DNA of 64,000 nt from positions 12,440 to 76,439 of the forward strand of contig JANXMZ010000061.1 of NCBI GenBank assembly GCA_025354385.1, written 5' to 3'. The first letter of the stretch is position 1; each line of letters starts with the position of its first letter. This document shows, piece by piece, positions 1 to 9,756 of this stretch. The notes under the pieces are model-generated. The model was not told where the DNA came from. It did not search any database and saw nothing but the letters and a program-made list of their open reading frames with translations. Position numbers and translations under genes: made by a program. This DNA comes from Bacteroidota bacterium. Its GTDB lineage: Bacteria > Bacteroidota > Bacteroidia > NS11-12g > UBA955.

Positions 1-1
1 G

Positions 2-463
2 ATTGATTGTATAGTTAACCTTCCATCAAAATTATTCCTGAATACCCAGATACCCGCTTGCCTTTGGTTCCTGAAACGCAATAAACAAAAACGCAAAAAA
101 GAAATACTCTTTATTGATGCCCGTAATCTTGGCTTTTTAAAGAACAGGAAAAACCTCGACTTTACAGATGAAGATATTGCAAAGGTTGCAGACACTTACC
201 ATAACTGGAAGATAACTGATGAGGCTTATGCAGATATACAGGGCTTTTGCAAAAGTGTGAACATTGAGGAAGTAAAGGCTTTGAATTATGTAGTTACTCC
301 CGGTAGATTCGTTGGTTTGCCGGATGACGAAGATGATTTTAATTTTGAAGAGCGTTTTACCTCACTTAAAGCTGAATTGGAAAAGCAAATAGCGGAAGAA
401 GCCGAACTGAATAAACAAATAGCCATAAATTTGTCTAAAATAAAATATGAACCTGCCAAGTAA
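2..463 (+). CDS. hsdM: Type I R-M methyltransferase subunit, 3' part (runs off window start)
   Basis: Frame 2 is open from the window edge (IDCIVNLPSKLFLNTQIPACLWFL...ILFIDAR) and continues into ORF 257..463 (YVVTPGRFVG...FEERFTSLKAELEKQ). This is a typical HsdM C-terminus, upstream of hsdS/hsdR. Confidence 0.92.
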   Translation: MDCIVNLPSKLFLNTQIPACLWFLKRNKQKRKKEILFIDARNLGFLKNRKNLDFTDEDIAKVADTYHNWKITDEAYADIQGFCKSVNIEEVKALNYVVTPGRFVGLPDDEDDFNFEERFTSLKAELEKQIAEEAELNKQIAINLSKIKYEPAK

Positions 464-2111
464 CGATTATAACAATATATTGGCGCATCTGAAGGAGAGA
501 ATCAGGGGTGCAAGGCAGAGGGCAGCTTTAAAGGTAAATGCCGAACTTCTTTCCGTTTATTGGGATGTCGGCAATACAATTCTTGAACAGCAAAAGGATA
601 AAGGCTGGGGTGCTAAAGTTATTGACCAACTTTCTATTGATTTAAGGATGGAATTTACCGATATGAAAGGTTTTTCTGTGCGAAACTTGAAGTATATGAG
701 GGCTTTTGCAGAGGCATACCCCGATTTTACAATTGTGCAGCAGGGTGCTGCACAATTACAAAACACTATTCCAAATGAATTTGTGCAAGGGGAACTTGCA
801 CAATTGGGAAACAATCCTCAACATACAATTGTGCAAGGCGTACTTGCACAATTAAGCTGGTATCATCACATTACATTGCTAGACAAGGTTAAGGAGAAAG
901 AAATACGCCTGTTTTACATACAAGAAACTGTGCAGAATGGATGGAGCAGGGATGTAATGGTTCATCAGATTGAAGGCAGGCTGCATGAAAGGAAAGGTAA
1001 AATTTCAAGCAACTTTGCAAATACCATTGCACCGGAACAATCTGAATTGGTGCAACAATTATTTAAAGATCCCTACAAATTTGAGTTTATTTATCTGGGA
1101 AAGGAAGCCAAAGAGAGAGATTTGGAGGATGCCCTTACTAATCAACTGAAGAATTTCCTGCTCGAATTAGGGCAATACTTTTCCTTTATGGGAAGGCAGT
1201 ATAAATTGGTGCTTGGTGAAAAGGAGTATTTTTTCGATTTGCTCTTTTACCATACCCGACTTAAAAGGTATATTGTAATTGATTTGAAAATAGATGAGTT
1301 TAAGCCTGAATACAAGGGTAAGATGGAGTTTTACCTGAACTTAGCAGATGAACACTTAAAACAGGAGAATGATGAGAAATCTATTGGTTTAATTCTTTGT
1401 AAAACCAAGGATGGCTTGGTAGTGGAGTATGCGTTGCGGGATTCTACAAAGCCAATTGGTATTGCAGAATACAAGATAAATGAACTATTGCCGGAAAATA
1501 TAAGAGGAGAATTGCCAAGTATTGAAGAACTGGAAGCGGAAATTGAGAAGGAATATGAAGAATTGAAAACACCAGGACAAAAGCGGTTTGAAGCACTTAA
1601 GGAAAAGTTAGGTTCTTTAAAAGGTAACGAGATCAAACAAATCGCAACTACCCTAATTTTATTTGAAATTTTTGATAAAAGTCTAATGCCGTTATTTCAA
1701 TCATTGTTGAATAGAATGGACAATTTTAAAGAAATGTTCGTTTCAACGAAATACTATTGGCAGGGAAAGAATCATCAACATGAAATTGAAAATATTGAAG
1801 ATTTACCAGAGGCTTGGAAAGATGAGGCCTTTTTAAAAAGCAAATATAATTTTTCATTCTTATACCAATTAAATGGATTTATTAAAGCAGGTACCGAAAC
1901 ATTTGATTCTGATTTTGAAATCAATTACAGAGTTGATACTTATTGGTATGGCATTTCATTAACAATTGACCATAATTATACGCCAATTATTAAAAAGCTA
2001 TACCATGAGCAATTCACTAAAGAAGATATTGAAAAAATAACTGACCTTGCGTTCAATAAGGTAATGGATGATATTGAGAAGCAAATTGATAAAATCAATA
2101 AGAAATTATGA
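447..2111 (+). CDS. YhcG/DUF1016 PD-(D/E)xK nuclease-family protein with C-terminal extension
   Basis: DUF1016 motifs WGAKVIDQLS, GFSVRNLKYMRAFA, LSWYHH, KDPYKFEF, LLELG, DLLFYHTRLKRYIVIDLK, GKMEFYL, IGLILC. Confidence 0.9.
   Translation: MNLPSNDYNNILAHLKERIRGARQRAALKVNAELLSVYWDVGNTILEQQKDKGWGAKVIDQLSIDLRMEFTDMKGFSVRNLKYMRAFAEAYPDFTIVQQGAAQLQNTIPNEFVQGELAQLGNNPQHTIVQGVLAQLSWYHHITLLDKVKEKEIRLFYIQETVQNGWSRDVMVHQIEGRLHERKGKISSNFANTIAPEQSELVQQLFKDPYKFEFIYLGKEAKERDLEDALTNQLKNFLLELGQYFSFMGRQYKLVLGEKEYFFDLLFYHTRLKRYIVIDLKIDEFKPEYKGKMEFYLNLADEHLKQENDEKSIGLILCKTKDGLVVEYALRDSTKPIGIAEYKINELLPENIRGELPSIEELEAEIEKEYEELKTPGQKRFEALKEKLGSLKGNEIKQIATTLILFEIFDKSLMPLFQSLLNRMDNFKEMFVSTKYYWQGKNHQHEIENIEDLPEAWKDEAFLKSKYNFSFLYQLNGFIKAGTETFDSDFEINYRVDTYWYGISLTIDHNYTPIIKKLYHEQFTKEDIEKITDLAFNKVMDDIEKQIDKINKKL
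731..853. repeat. Three 27-bp palindromic repeats at 48-bp period inside the DUF1016 CDS
   Basis: 731-757 AATTGTGCAGCA-GGG-TGCTGCACAATT; 779-805 ATTTGTGCAAG-GGGAA-CTTGCACAATT; 827-853 AATTGTGCAAG-GCGTA-CTTGCACAATT. The two 21-bp spacers differ from each other. Confidence 0.93.
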
Positions 2112-3139
2112 GTGATTGGAAAGAATACAAATTGGGGGATATAATCAATCTTAAAAGAGGTTATGACTTGCCAAATGCCCTTAGAAAAGCTGGTAGAATT
2201 CCTGTAATATCATCCTCAGGCGTGACGGATTATCATAATAAGAGAATGAAAAAGGCTCCAGGGGTAATAACAGGTCGATATGGAACGATAGGACAAGTTT
2301 TCTTTTCTAATGAAGACTATTGGCCATTAAATACAACGTTATATGTTCAGGATTTCAAAGGAAATGATCCTAAATTTATTTTCTACCTATTAAAGAATTT
2401 TGATTTTGCAAAATATAGTGACAAAAGCGCCGTTCCCGGCATTAATAGAAATGATGTACATACAGAAAATGTAAATATTCCTGAAATTAATGAACAAATA
2501 GAAATTGCTAATATTCTAAGCAGTCTAGATAATAAAATAGATTTACTAAACAGACAAAATAAAACTCTTGAGAAATTAACAGAAACACTTTTCAGACAAT
2601 GGTTTATGGAAGGGGTGGAAGAAAGTTGGAGAATTGGGACTATTGGTGATTTATTTAGACTTCAAAGGGGATTTGATTTACCTTCCCAAAATCGAACCAT
2701 AGGGAAATATCCAATCATTACTTCAAGTGGCTTTAATGGAACACATGGGGAGTTTAAAGTTAAAGGTCCGGGTGTTACCACTGGAAGGAGTGGGTTGTTA
2801 GGTCAGGTATTCTATATTGATGAGGATTTTTGGCCATTAAACACATCACTTTTTATTGCAGAATATTATATTGCAAAACCTTTGTTCGCATATTTCATTC
2901 TAAAGACCTTGGATATTTTATCTTTGAATGGTGGTTCTGCTGTTCCTACATTAAATAGAAATGATGTACATCAACTAGAAACAAAATTACCGCCAATTAA
3001 ATTAATTGAAAAATTTGAGGTGTTTTCAAAAACCTGTTTCCAAAAAATAAAATCAAATACAAGCCAAATTAATACACTAATACAACTAAGAGATATGTTG
3101 TTGCCAAAGTTGATGAGTGGGGAGGTAAGAATAGACTAA
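2108..3139 (+). CDS. hsdS: Type I R-M specificity subunit
   Basis: MSDWKEYKLGD start, EQIEIANILSSLDNKIDL central conserved region, LRDMLLPKLMSGE end; two TRDs. Confidence 0.95.
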   Translation: MSDWKEYKLGDIINLKRGYDLPNALRKAGRIPVISSSGVTDYHNKRMKKAPGVITGRYGTIGQVFFSNEDYWPLNTTLYVQDFKGNDPKFIFYLLKNFDFAKYSDKSAVPGINRNDVHTENVNIPEINEQIEIANILSSLDNKIDLLNRQNKTLEKLTETLFRQWFMEGVEESWRIGTIGDLFRLQRGFDLPSQNRTIGKYPIITSSGFNGTHGEFKVKGPGVTTGRSGLLGQVFYIDEDFWPLNTSLFIAEYYIAKPLFAYFILKTLDILSLNGGSAVPTLNRNDVHQLETKLPPIKLIEKFEVFSKTCFQKIKSNTSQINTLIQLRDMLLPKLMSGEVRID

Positions 3140-3171
3140 TAATACTTAATTTTGAACATAAAAATAATTAT

Positions 3172-4557
3172 ATGAATGATATCGATTTAAACATTAAGAT
3201 GAATGATGACGAAGTACTACTTCGTATTAGGATTGATGATTCGAAGGCTGAGGAAGGTATTATCATCTTTGATATGTTTGATACCAAACTTGGTACACCT
3301 GTTTTTAAATTTCAATTTTTGAATGACGAAATAATAATACTTGAGAATCCCAGTGGTATTAATGTTGATTTAGTTCAGTTAAAAGAAAAATTTGATGAAC
3401 TTATAGTCCAATCTAATCCCAAGCAACTTTTTGGAACAGAAGAGACTGAATTGGATGATGAAGAATATGAGGCTCCTTATGATCCCGACAAAATAAGGGT
3501 TGACACTAAGCAGTTTTCTTTACATCAAATTTATGAAATGATAAAAAGGGAAGATATCAATCTTACTCCTGACTTTCAAAGAAATCTCGTTTGGGATAAT
3601 CAAAGAAAATCTCGTTTGATAGAATCAATTTTAATGAGAATTCCTTTACCTATGTTTTATTTTGCTCAAGATGAAGAAGGTAGAATATCTGTCGTAGACG
3701 GATTGCAGCGTTTGAGTACTATTAGGGATTTTATGGATAATATTTTTCAATTAAGAAAACTTGAATATTTGAATGACAAATGTGGCGGTAAAGTATATAC
3801 AGATATCGACCCGGAAAAGGCAATCGATGCAAAATATTACAGATGGTTCAATATGACTCAAATCACCGTAAATGTTATTGACCCATCCTCTCCATTTAAA
3901 TTAAAGTATGATATTTTTAGACGTATAAATACCGGTGGGCAACCATTAAATGCTCAAGAAATTAGAAATTGTTTATCAAGTGATAATCTAAGAATTGCAC
4001 TAAAGGAAATGACACAATTAGAAAGTTTCAAACATGCAACAGGTTATAGTGTAAAGGACGTTAGAATGGAAGCCCAAGAATTAGCCTTACGTTTTATCCT
4101 ATTTCATAAAAAACACAATGAAGATAAATCTTTAAATAATTATAGTGGAAATAGCGAATCCGAATTAAACACTTTGACTGATATACTAAGTAAAGATAAG
4201 AAGCTCGATTACAAATATTATATTGAATTATTTGATAAAGCTATGCAAAATTCATTACATTTATTCGGTAGATATTGCTTTAGAAAATGTAAAGTAGAAC
4301 ATATAAAATCTGATGCGTATAGACAACTTATTAATAAAGCTTTATTTGTAAGTTGGAGCGTTTTACTTAGCGAATTTGAAACAAATTCAGTTAAAACTAA
4401 GAACCCTTTTGAATCTTTTGCTTTACCACTTGCGGAAAAGGTTAGTAGTGAAAATGAACTCTTTTTGTTTTTGACTTATAGCACCAACTCTAAAGCAAAT
4501 ATTCAAGCAATATTTAAAGCAGCGGAAGTCTTAATTTCTCAAAACCTAAAACAATGA
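3172..4557 (+). CDS. DUF262 (ParB/Srx-like) protein, Menshen NsnA-like
   Basis: PDFQRNLVW, SRLIESILMRIPLP, VVDGLQRLST, IFRRINTGGQPLNAQEIRN motifs. Confidence 0.88.
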   Translation: MNDIDLNIKMNDDEVLLRIRIDDSKAEEGIIIFDMFDTKLGTPVFKFQFLNDEIIILENPSGINVDLVQLKEKFDELIVQSNPKQLFGTEETELDDEEYEAPYDPDKIRVDTKQFSLHQIYEMIKREDINLTPDFQRNLVWDNQRKSRLIESILMRIPLPMFYFAQDEEGRISVVDGLQRLSTIRDFMDNIFQLRKLEYLNDKCGGKVYTDIDPEKAIDAKYYRWFNMTQITVNVIDPSSPFKLKYDIFRRINTGGQPLNAQEIRNCLSSDNLRIALKEMTQLESFKHATGYSVKDVRMEAQELALRFILFHKKHNEDKSLNNYSGNSESELNTLTDILSKDKKLDYKYYIELFDKAMQNSLHLFGRYCFRKCKVEHIKSDAYRQLINKALFVSWSVLLSEFETNSVKTKNPFESFALPLAEKVSSENELFLFLTYSTNSKANIQAIFKAAEVLISQNLKQ

Positions 4558-5690
4558 ATCATTTAAAAATAAATAATTTCAAATGCTTTGTTAAGGCGGA
4601 CATTAATTTAAATAAGCTAACTATTATGGCTGGTGCTAATGGCAATGGAAAAAGCACAACCATTCAAGCACTATTGTATTTTAGAAGAACCATTGAACAC
4701 TGCGGCGAATGGATAGATGGGAAATTCGTTTTAAACAAAATCAATGGAATGAATGTGCCATTAAACGGCGTTTATTGTCTGGCACTTGGAAATAGTAGTT
4801 TTGTTTTAAATAGGAATTCTGTAGGAGATAAAATTACTTTAGGACTTTTTAATGATGAAAACCATATTCTTGTTACTTATTTGGTAGACAACAAAGATGC
4901 CAAATTATATTTAACACCAACAGAACCAGAAAAAACTACGGTTACTGAATTTCCTATCTTTAAACAAGAATTTTATTATTTAAATGCGGAAAGAATAGGC
5001 CCTAGAATTAACCAGCAATTACAATTCTCAGATTATCCTAATGCGGGATGGCAGGGGGAATTTACAGCCCAATTGATTGGACTTGAAGGAGGTTATTTCA
5101 AAATCCCAAATGAAAGAAGATTTAAAGGAACTCTCACAAACTATTTAATTGACCAAGTAAATTACTGGCTTGACTTTATTATGAAGGGTGTAAAAATCAA
5201 AGTTGAGACAAGTCCTAATACACTTATAGCACAAATACTTATTGAAAATCAATTTACTGCCTCTGACCCCACCCTTTCTACTAACTTAGGATTTGGAATA
5301 AGTTATATTCTACCAATTATTGCTACTGGATTAACCGCCAAAAAGGGAAGCTATTTTATTGTTGAAAATCCAGAAGCACATTTACATCCCTCAGCACAAT
5401 CAAGAATAGGAAGATTTTTAGCGATGGTTGCAAATTCAGGAGTGGAAGTAATTATTGAAACTCATAGTGACCACTTGATTAATGGAATTCAGATATCTGT
5501 TGCAGAAAAAGAAATTAATTACAAAGATGTAACTGTGAATTATTTTTCACACGACAAAGATGATATTCAGCCAGATGTTAATCCTATTGGAATAAAGGAA
5601 AAGGGGGAATTAACTGATTGGCCAAAAGGATTTTTTGACCAAAGCCAACTTGATTATTCACACTTAATGCTTTTACGAAAGGATGTTTAA
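4554..5690 (+). CDS. ABC/AAA-type ATPase with DUF3696, Menshen NsnB-like
   Basis: NFKCF, Walker A GANGNGKST, GFGISYILP, IVENPEAHLHPSAQ, IETHSDH, C-terminal WPKGFFDQ (DUF3696). Confidence 0.9.
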   Translation: MNHLKINNFKCFVKADINLNKLTIMAGANGNGKSTTIQALLYFRRTIEHCGEWIDGKFVLNKINGMNVPLNGVYCLALGNSSFVLNRNSVGDKITLGLFNDENHILVTYLVDNKDAKLYLTPTEPEKTTVTEFPIFKQEFYYLNAERIGPRINQQLQFSDYPNAGWQGEFTAQLIGLEGGYFKIPNERRFKGTLTNYLIDQVNYWLDFIMKGVKIKVETSPNTLIAQILIENQFTASDPTLSTNLGFGISYILPIIATGLTAKKGSYFIVENPEAHLHPSAQSRIGRFLAMVANSGVEVIIETHSDHLINGIQISVAEKEINYKDVTVNYFSHDKDDIQPDVNPIGIKEKGELTDWPKGFFDQSQLDYSHLMLLRKDV

Positions 5691-6492
5691 TTACTACTTA
5701 TTTAATAAAAGTTACGAAAAGGCAAACTCAAAGGCCATTGAAGCTAACTTGCAAGATTTGAATGATTTGGTTGTTAATGAACGAAGAGATGATGATAGTT
5801 TCTTAAAACATGACTCTATTTGGTATTTACCAACTGCTGATGGTGAGTTTGGTGTTGTAGTTTTTACAAAATTAGAAGACAAACAACTAAGTAATGTGGT
5901 TTTGCCAAGGATGTTTAATGCAATAGATTCTCTTGAAAATACAATAGAAACTTTTGAACAATTTGATGCATCATTTAAATTGTACAATGCCTTTTATGGT
6001 ATTAATTTTATAGACATCGACTTAACAAAGTGTATCACTGATAAGACGACTTATAATAAATTTAGAGAAGATAATTTATGGGAACTAACACCCGAATCGT
6101 TTTGGGATAGACGTAAAACATTATTTTCTAAAATTATTCTTTGTAATAGTATAGAAGATGATGTTAAAAAAATTGGAGGGACATATCTTAGTCAAATACT
6201 CAACAAACTAAAAGAATTAGATGAGTATGTTATTCAATATTGGAAGGCTGGCAACTTTAATTACCATGATGCAAATGAAAAAGCACCTTTAAATATTTCC
6301 CTTGAATCCAAGAAGACGATGGACCAACAAAGGTATTACAATCAAAGGGTCTTTTCCATGCCTGACGGAAGAAAAGAGTGTTTTGAGTTGCACATAAAAA
6401 CAGGAAATCTTCGGTTTCATTTTTATCCTGAGGGTAATATCATTTATGTGGGATATATAGGAATGCACTTAGATACCGATAGATTTAATTAA
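5683..6492 (+). CDS. Hypothetical protein, probable effector (Menshen NsnC position), RelE-like C-terminus
   Basis: Overlaps the ATPase gene; C-terminal FELHIKTGNLRFHFYP...IYVGYIGMHL resembles RelE/ParE-fold RNases (inference). Confidence 0.6.
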   Translation: MFNYYLFNKSYEKANSKAIEANLQDLNDLVVNERRDDDSFLKHDSIWYLPTADGEFGVVVFTKLEDKQLSNVVLPRMFNAIDSLENTIETFEQFDASFKLYNAFYGINFIDIDLTKCITDKTTYNKFREDNLWELTPESFWDRRKTLFSKIILCNSIEDDVKKIGGTYLSQILNKLKELDEYVIQYWKAGNFNYHDANEKAPLNISLESKKTMDQQRYYNQRVFSMPDGRKECFELHIKTGNLRFHFYPEGNIIYVGYIGMHLDTDRFN

Positions 6493-9400
6493 TGAAGCCC
6501 ATCACCGAAAATATCATAGAAGAATCGGCAATTGAACTATTGCAATCACAGGGATGGGAGTATGCCAATGGTAAAGAAATTTCACCGGAAGGAATGTTCT
6601 GTGAACGCGAGAACTACCAACAAATCATTCTTACCAGTCGTTTGCGAAAAGCAATAGCCCAAATAAATCCTAATATCCCAATTGATGCGCAAGAAGCAGC
6701 AGTTCAAAAAGTATTGCGCATTCATTCGCCGGATTTATTGCACAACAATGAGGAATTCCATAGGTTATTGGTAGAGAAAGTTAAAATACCCTATCAGGAG
6801 AGCGATTACGAGCGCAGCCATGAGGTGGCTTTGATAGATTTTGAAAACACAGTGAATAATCAGTTTTTGATTGTCAATCAGTACACCATTATTGAGAATA
6901 ACCAGAATAAGCGACCAGATGTTATACTTTTCATAAATGGTTTGCCATTGGTGGTTATTGAACTTAAAAATGCCACCGATGAAAACGCCAATATTCTAAG
7001 TGCCTATAAGCAGCTGCAAACCTATAAGGCAAGTATACCAAGCTTATTCACTTATAATGCTATCTGCATCGCCTCAGATGGCCTTGAATGCAGGGCTGGC
7101 AGTGTATCTGCTGACTTAAGTCGATATATGACATGGAAGAGCGCAGATGGTGTAAAAGATGCTTCGCGTTTTAAACCTCAATTACAAACATTACTGCAAG
7201 GAATGATGCAGCCATCTACCCTGCTTGATTTAGTCCGTAATTTTATTGTGTTTGAAAAAACGAAAAAAGAAGATACTAAAACCGGACTGATACAAATTTT
7301 CACAGAAAAAAAATTGGCTGCTTATCATCAATACTATGCAGTCAATAAGGCGGTACAATCTTCAATTTTGGCTTCAGGAATAAATGGGGACAAAAGAGGT
7401 GGAGTTGTTTGGCATACACAAGGTTCTGGAAAAAGTTTGAGTATGGTTTTCTATTCAGGAAAATTGATTACTGCACCCGAAATGCAGAATCCAACAATTG
7501 TTGTTATTACAGATAGGAATGATCTGGACGACCAGTTGTTTGACACCTTTGCAGCCTCTGTTCAATTGTTGCGACAAGAGCCTGTGCAGGCCGAAAGCAG
7601 GGAACATTTAAAAGAACTGCTCAAGGTCGCCAGTGGTGGAATTGTATTTACCACTATTCAAAAATTTATGCCAGATGGCAATAAATCTGAATATGACCAA
7701 CTTTGTGATAGGAAAAATGTGGTGGTGATAGCAGATGAAGCCCACAGAACACAATACGGATTTGAAGCGAAACTGGTAGATGAAAAGGACAAAGAAACAA
7801 AAGAGGTAATTGGCAAGCGCATTGCTTACGGATTTGCCAAATATATGCGGGATGCATTGCCCAATGCAACTTACATTGGTTTTACAGGAACTCCAATTGA
7901 AGGAACTGATGTCAACACGCCACAAGTTTTCGGAAATTATATTGACCGCTACGACATAAAGGACGCAGTTACGGATGGCGCAACGGTAAGGATATTTTAT
8001 GAAAGCCGTTTAGCTAAAGTCAACTTAGATGAAGCAGGGCAGCGACTGATTGAAGAGTTTGATGCAGAATTAGAACAAGATGAGGAAATCACAGAAAAAC
8101 AAAAGGCAAAAGCCAAGTGGACTAAACTTGAGGCTATTGTTGGAAATAGGGAACGTGTAAAGAATCTGGCAAATGATATCGTTACACATTTTGAGAAAAG
8201 ACAAACCGGTTTTGATGGTAAAGCCTTGATTGTGGCAATGAGTCGAAGAATTGCAGCCGATATTTACAAAGAAATAATTTTATTGCGTCCCGAATGGCAT
8301 AATACCGATATGGCAAAGGGTGTTATCAAAGTGGTAATGACTACCAATAGTGCTGATGGTCCCGAAATTGCAAAACACCATACCACCAAGCAACAGAGAA
8401 GAGATTTATCCGAACGGATGAAAGACCCGAACGATGAATTGAAAATTGTCATCGTTAGGGACATGTGGTTAACTGGGTTTGATGCCCCTTGTCTGAATAC
8501 CATGTATGTAGACAAACCTATGCGGGGACATAACTTGATGCAGGCAATTGCGAGGGTAAATAGGGTATTTAAAGACAAAACAGGTGGTTTGGTTGTAGAT
8601 TATTTGGGTATTGGCAGTGATTTGAAAAAAGCACTTTCATTTTATGGTGAAGCGGGTGGTAAAGGGGAACCTGCTGAGAATATTATAAAGGCAGTTGAGG
8701 TGTTCATGGAAAAGCTGGAAGTGGTGAAACAAATGTTTAATGAAGATAGTAACACCCGAAAGGATATTTTAATTGAAGAGCCAGAAGCCTATTACACCAA
8801 TAGCTTTAATTTCAACTACAGGCGGTTTTTAACTGTAGATTCAAAAGAAAAACTATCCATCATCCTACAATCCGAAGAACATATTTTAGGATTACAGGAA
8901 GGCAAGGAAAGATTTATCCGAGAGGTTAGTTTGTTAAGTCAGGCACTTTCACTTTGTATTACCAGAGAAGAAGTCCAGGAACATTTAGAAGAAGTGGCAT
9001 TTTTTCAGGCAGTTAAAGCAAGATTAGTGAAATTTGAAGGTACGGGTTCAGGCAAATCAGATATAGAAGTTGAAACGGCCATAAAGCAAATTGTTGATGA
9101 AGCATTAAGTTCAGACAAGGTGATTGATATTTTTGAAGCAGCGGGAATGGAAAAGCCTGAAATATCCATTCTTTCTGATGAATTCCTTTTAGAAGTAAAG
9201 GGAATGAAGCACCGGAACCTTGCCATTGAACTGTTAAAGAAGATTCTGAACGATGAGATAAAATCAAGGGCAAAAACCAATCTGGTAAAGAGCAAGAAAT
9301 TACTGGAAATGCTGGAAGGTGCAATAAAACGTTACCAGAACAACCTATTGACAACTGCGGAAATTATTCAGGAACTCATCAATATAGCGAACGAAATAAA

Positions 9401-9719
9401 AGAAGCTGACAAGGAAGGCGAACGACTTGGCCTGACCGTGGCAGAAGTGGCTTTTTACAACGCATTAGAAGTAAACGACAGTGCGGTGCAAGTGCTGGGA
9501 GATGAGCAACTGAAAGAAATAGCCAGAGAGATTGCAGATAAAGTTAGAGCCAATGCCACTATCGACTGGACTATCAGGGAAAGTGCTAGAGCTAAATTAA
9601 TGGTTCTTGTAAAAAGAACCCTAACCAAATGGGGTTACCCTCCGGATAAACAAGCCAAAGCCATAGAAACGGTCTTAAAACAAGCCGAATTAATGGCTAA
9701 TTTTTACACAAATGAATAA
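6492..9719 (+). CDS. hsdR: Type I R-M restriction subunit
   Basis: RPDVILFINGLPLVVIELK nuclease motif, WHTQGSGKS, DEAHR, FTGTP, MWLTGFDAP, QAIARVNR. Confidence 0.97.
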   Translation: MKPITENIIEESAIELLQSQGWEYANGKEISPEGMFCERENYQQIILTSRLRKAIAQINPNIPIDAQEAAVQKVLRIHSPDLLHNNEEFHRLLVEKVKIPYQESDYERSHEVALIDFENTVNNQFLIVNQYTIIENNQNKRPDVILFINGLPLVVIELKNATDENANILSAYKQLQTYKASIPSLFTYNAICIASDGLECRAGSVSADLSRYMTWKSADGVKDASRFKPQLQTLLQGMMQPSTLLDLVRNFIVFEKTKKEDTKTGLIQIFTEKKLAAYHQYYAVNKAVQSSILASGINGDKRGGVVWHTQGSGKSLSMVFYSGKLITAPEMQNPTIVVITDRNDLDDQLFDTFAASVQLLRQEPVQAESREHLKELLKVASGGIVFTTIQKFMPDGNKSEYDQLCDRKNVVVIADEAHRTQYGFEAKLVDEKDKETKEVIGKRIAYGFAKYMRDALPNATYIGFTGTPIEGTDVNTPQVFGNYIDRYDIKDAVTDGATVRIFYESRLAKVNLDEAGQRLIEEFDAELEQDEEITEKQKAKAKWTKLEAIVGNRERVKNLANDIVTHFEKRQTGFDGKALIVAMSRRIAADIYKEIILLRPEWHNTDMAKGVIKVVMTTNSADGPEIAKHHTTKQQRRDLSERMKDPNDELKIVIVRDMWLTGFDAPCLNTMYVDKPMRGHNLMQAIARVNRVFKDKTGGLVVDYLGIGSDLKKALSFYGEAGGKGEPAENIIKAVEVFMEKLEVVKQMFNEDSNTRKDILIEEPEAYYTNSFNFNYRRFLTVDSKEKLSIILQSEEHILGLQEGKERFIREVSLLSQALSLCITREEVQEHLEEVAFFQAVKARLVKFEGTGSGKSDIEVETAIKQIVDEALSSDKVIDIFEAAGMEKPEISILSDEFLLEVKGMKHRNLAIELLKKILNDEIKSRAKTNLVKSKKLLEMLEGAIKRYQNNLLTTAEIIQELINIANEIKEADKEGERLGLTVAEVAFYNALEVNDSAVQVLGDEQLKEIAREIADKVRANATIDWTIRESARAKLMVLVKRTLTKWGYPPDKQAKAIETVLKQAELMANFYTNE

Positions 9720-9720
9720 T

Positions 9721-9746
9721 TTAAGGACTTGATACAAGTCTTTTAA
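9721..9746 (+). terminator. Putative hairpin after hsdR
   Basis: AAGGACTTG-ATA-CAAGTCTTTT immediately after the stop codon. Confidence 0.45.
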
Positions 9747-9756
9747 GAACTACTAC

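Noticed and set aside
731-853. CRISPR array
   Set aside because: Only three units, 21-bp spacers, variable loops, in frame within a CDS, and no cas genes in the window; kept as an intragenic palindrome array.
2108-3171. Phase-variable hsdS shufflon
   Set aside because: Only one hsdS, with no silent TRD copies, flanking inverted repeats or invertase in view.
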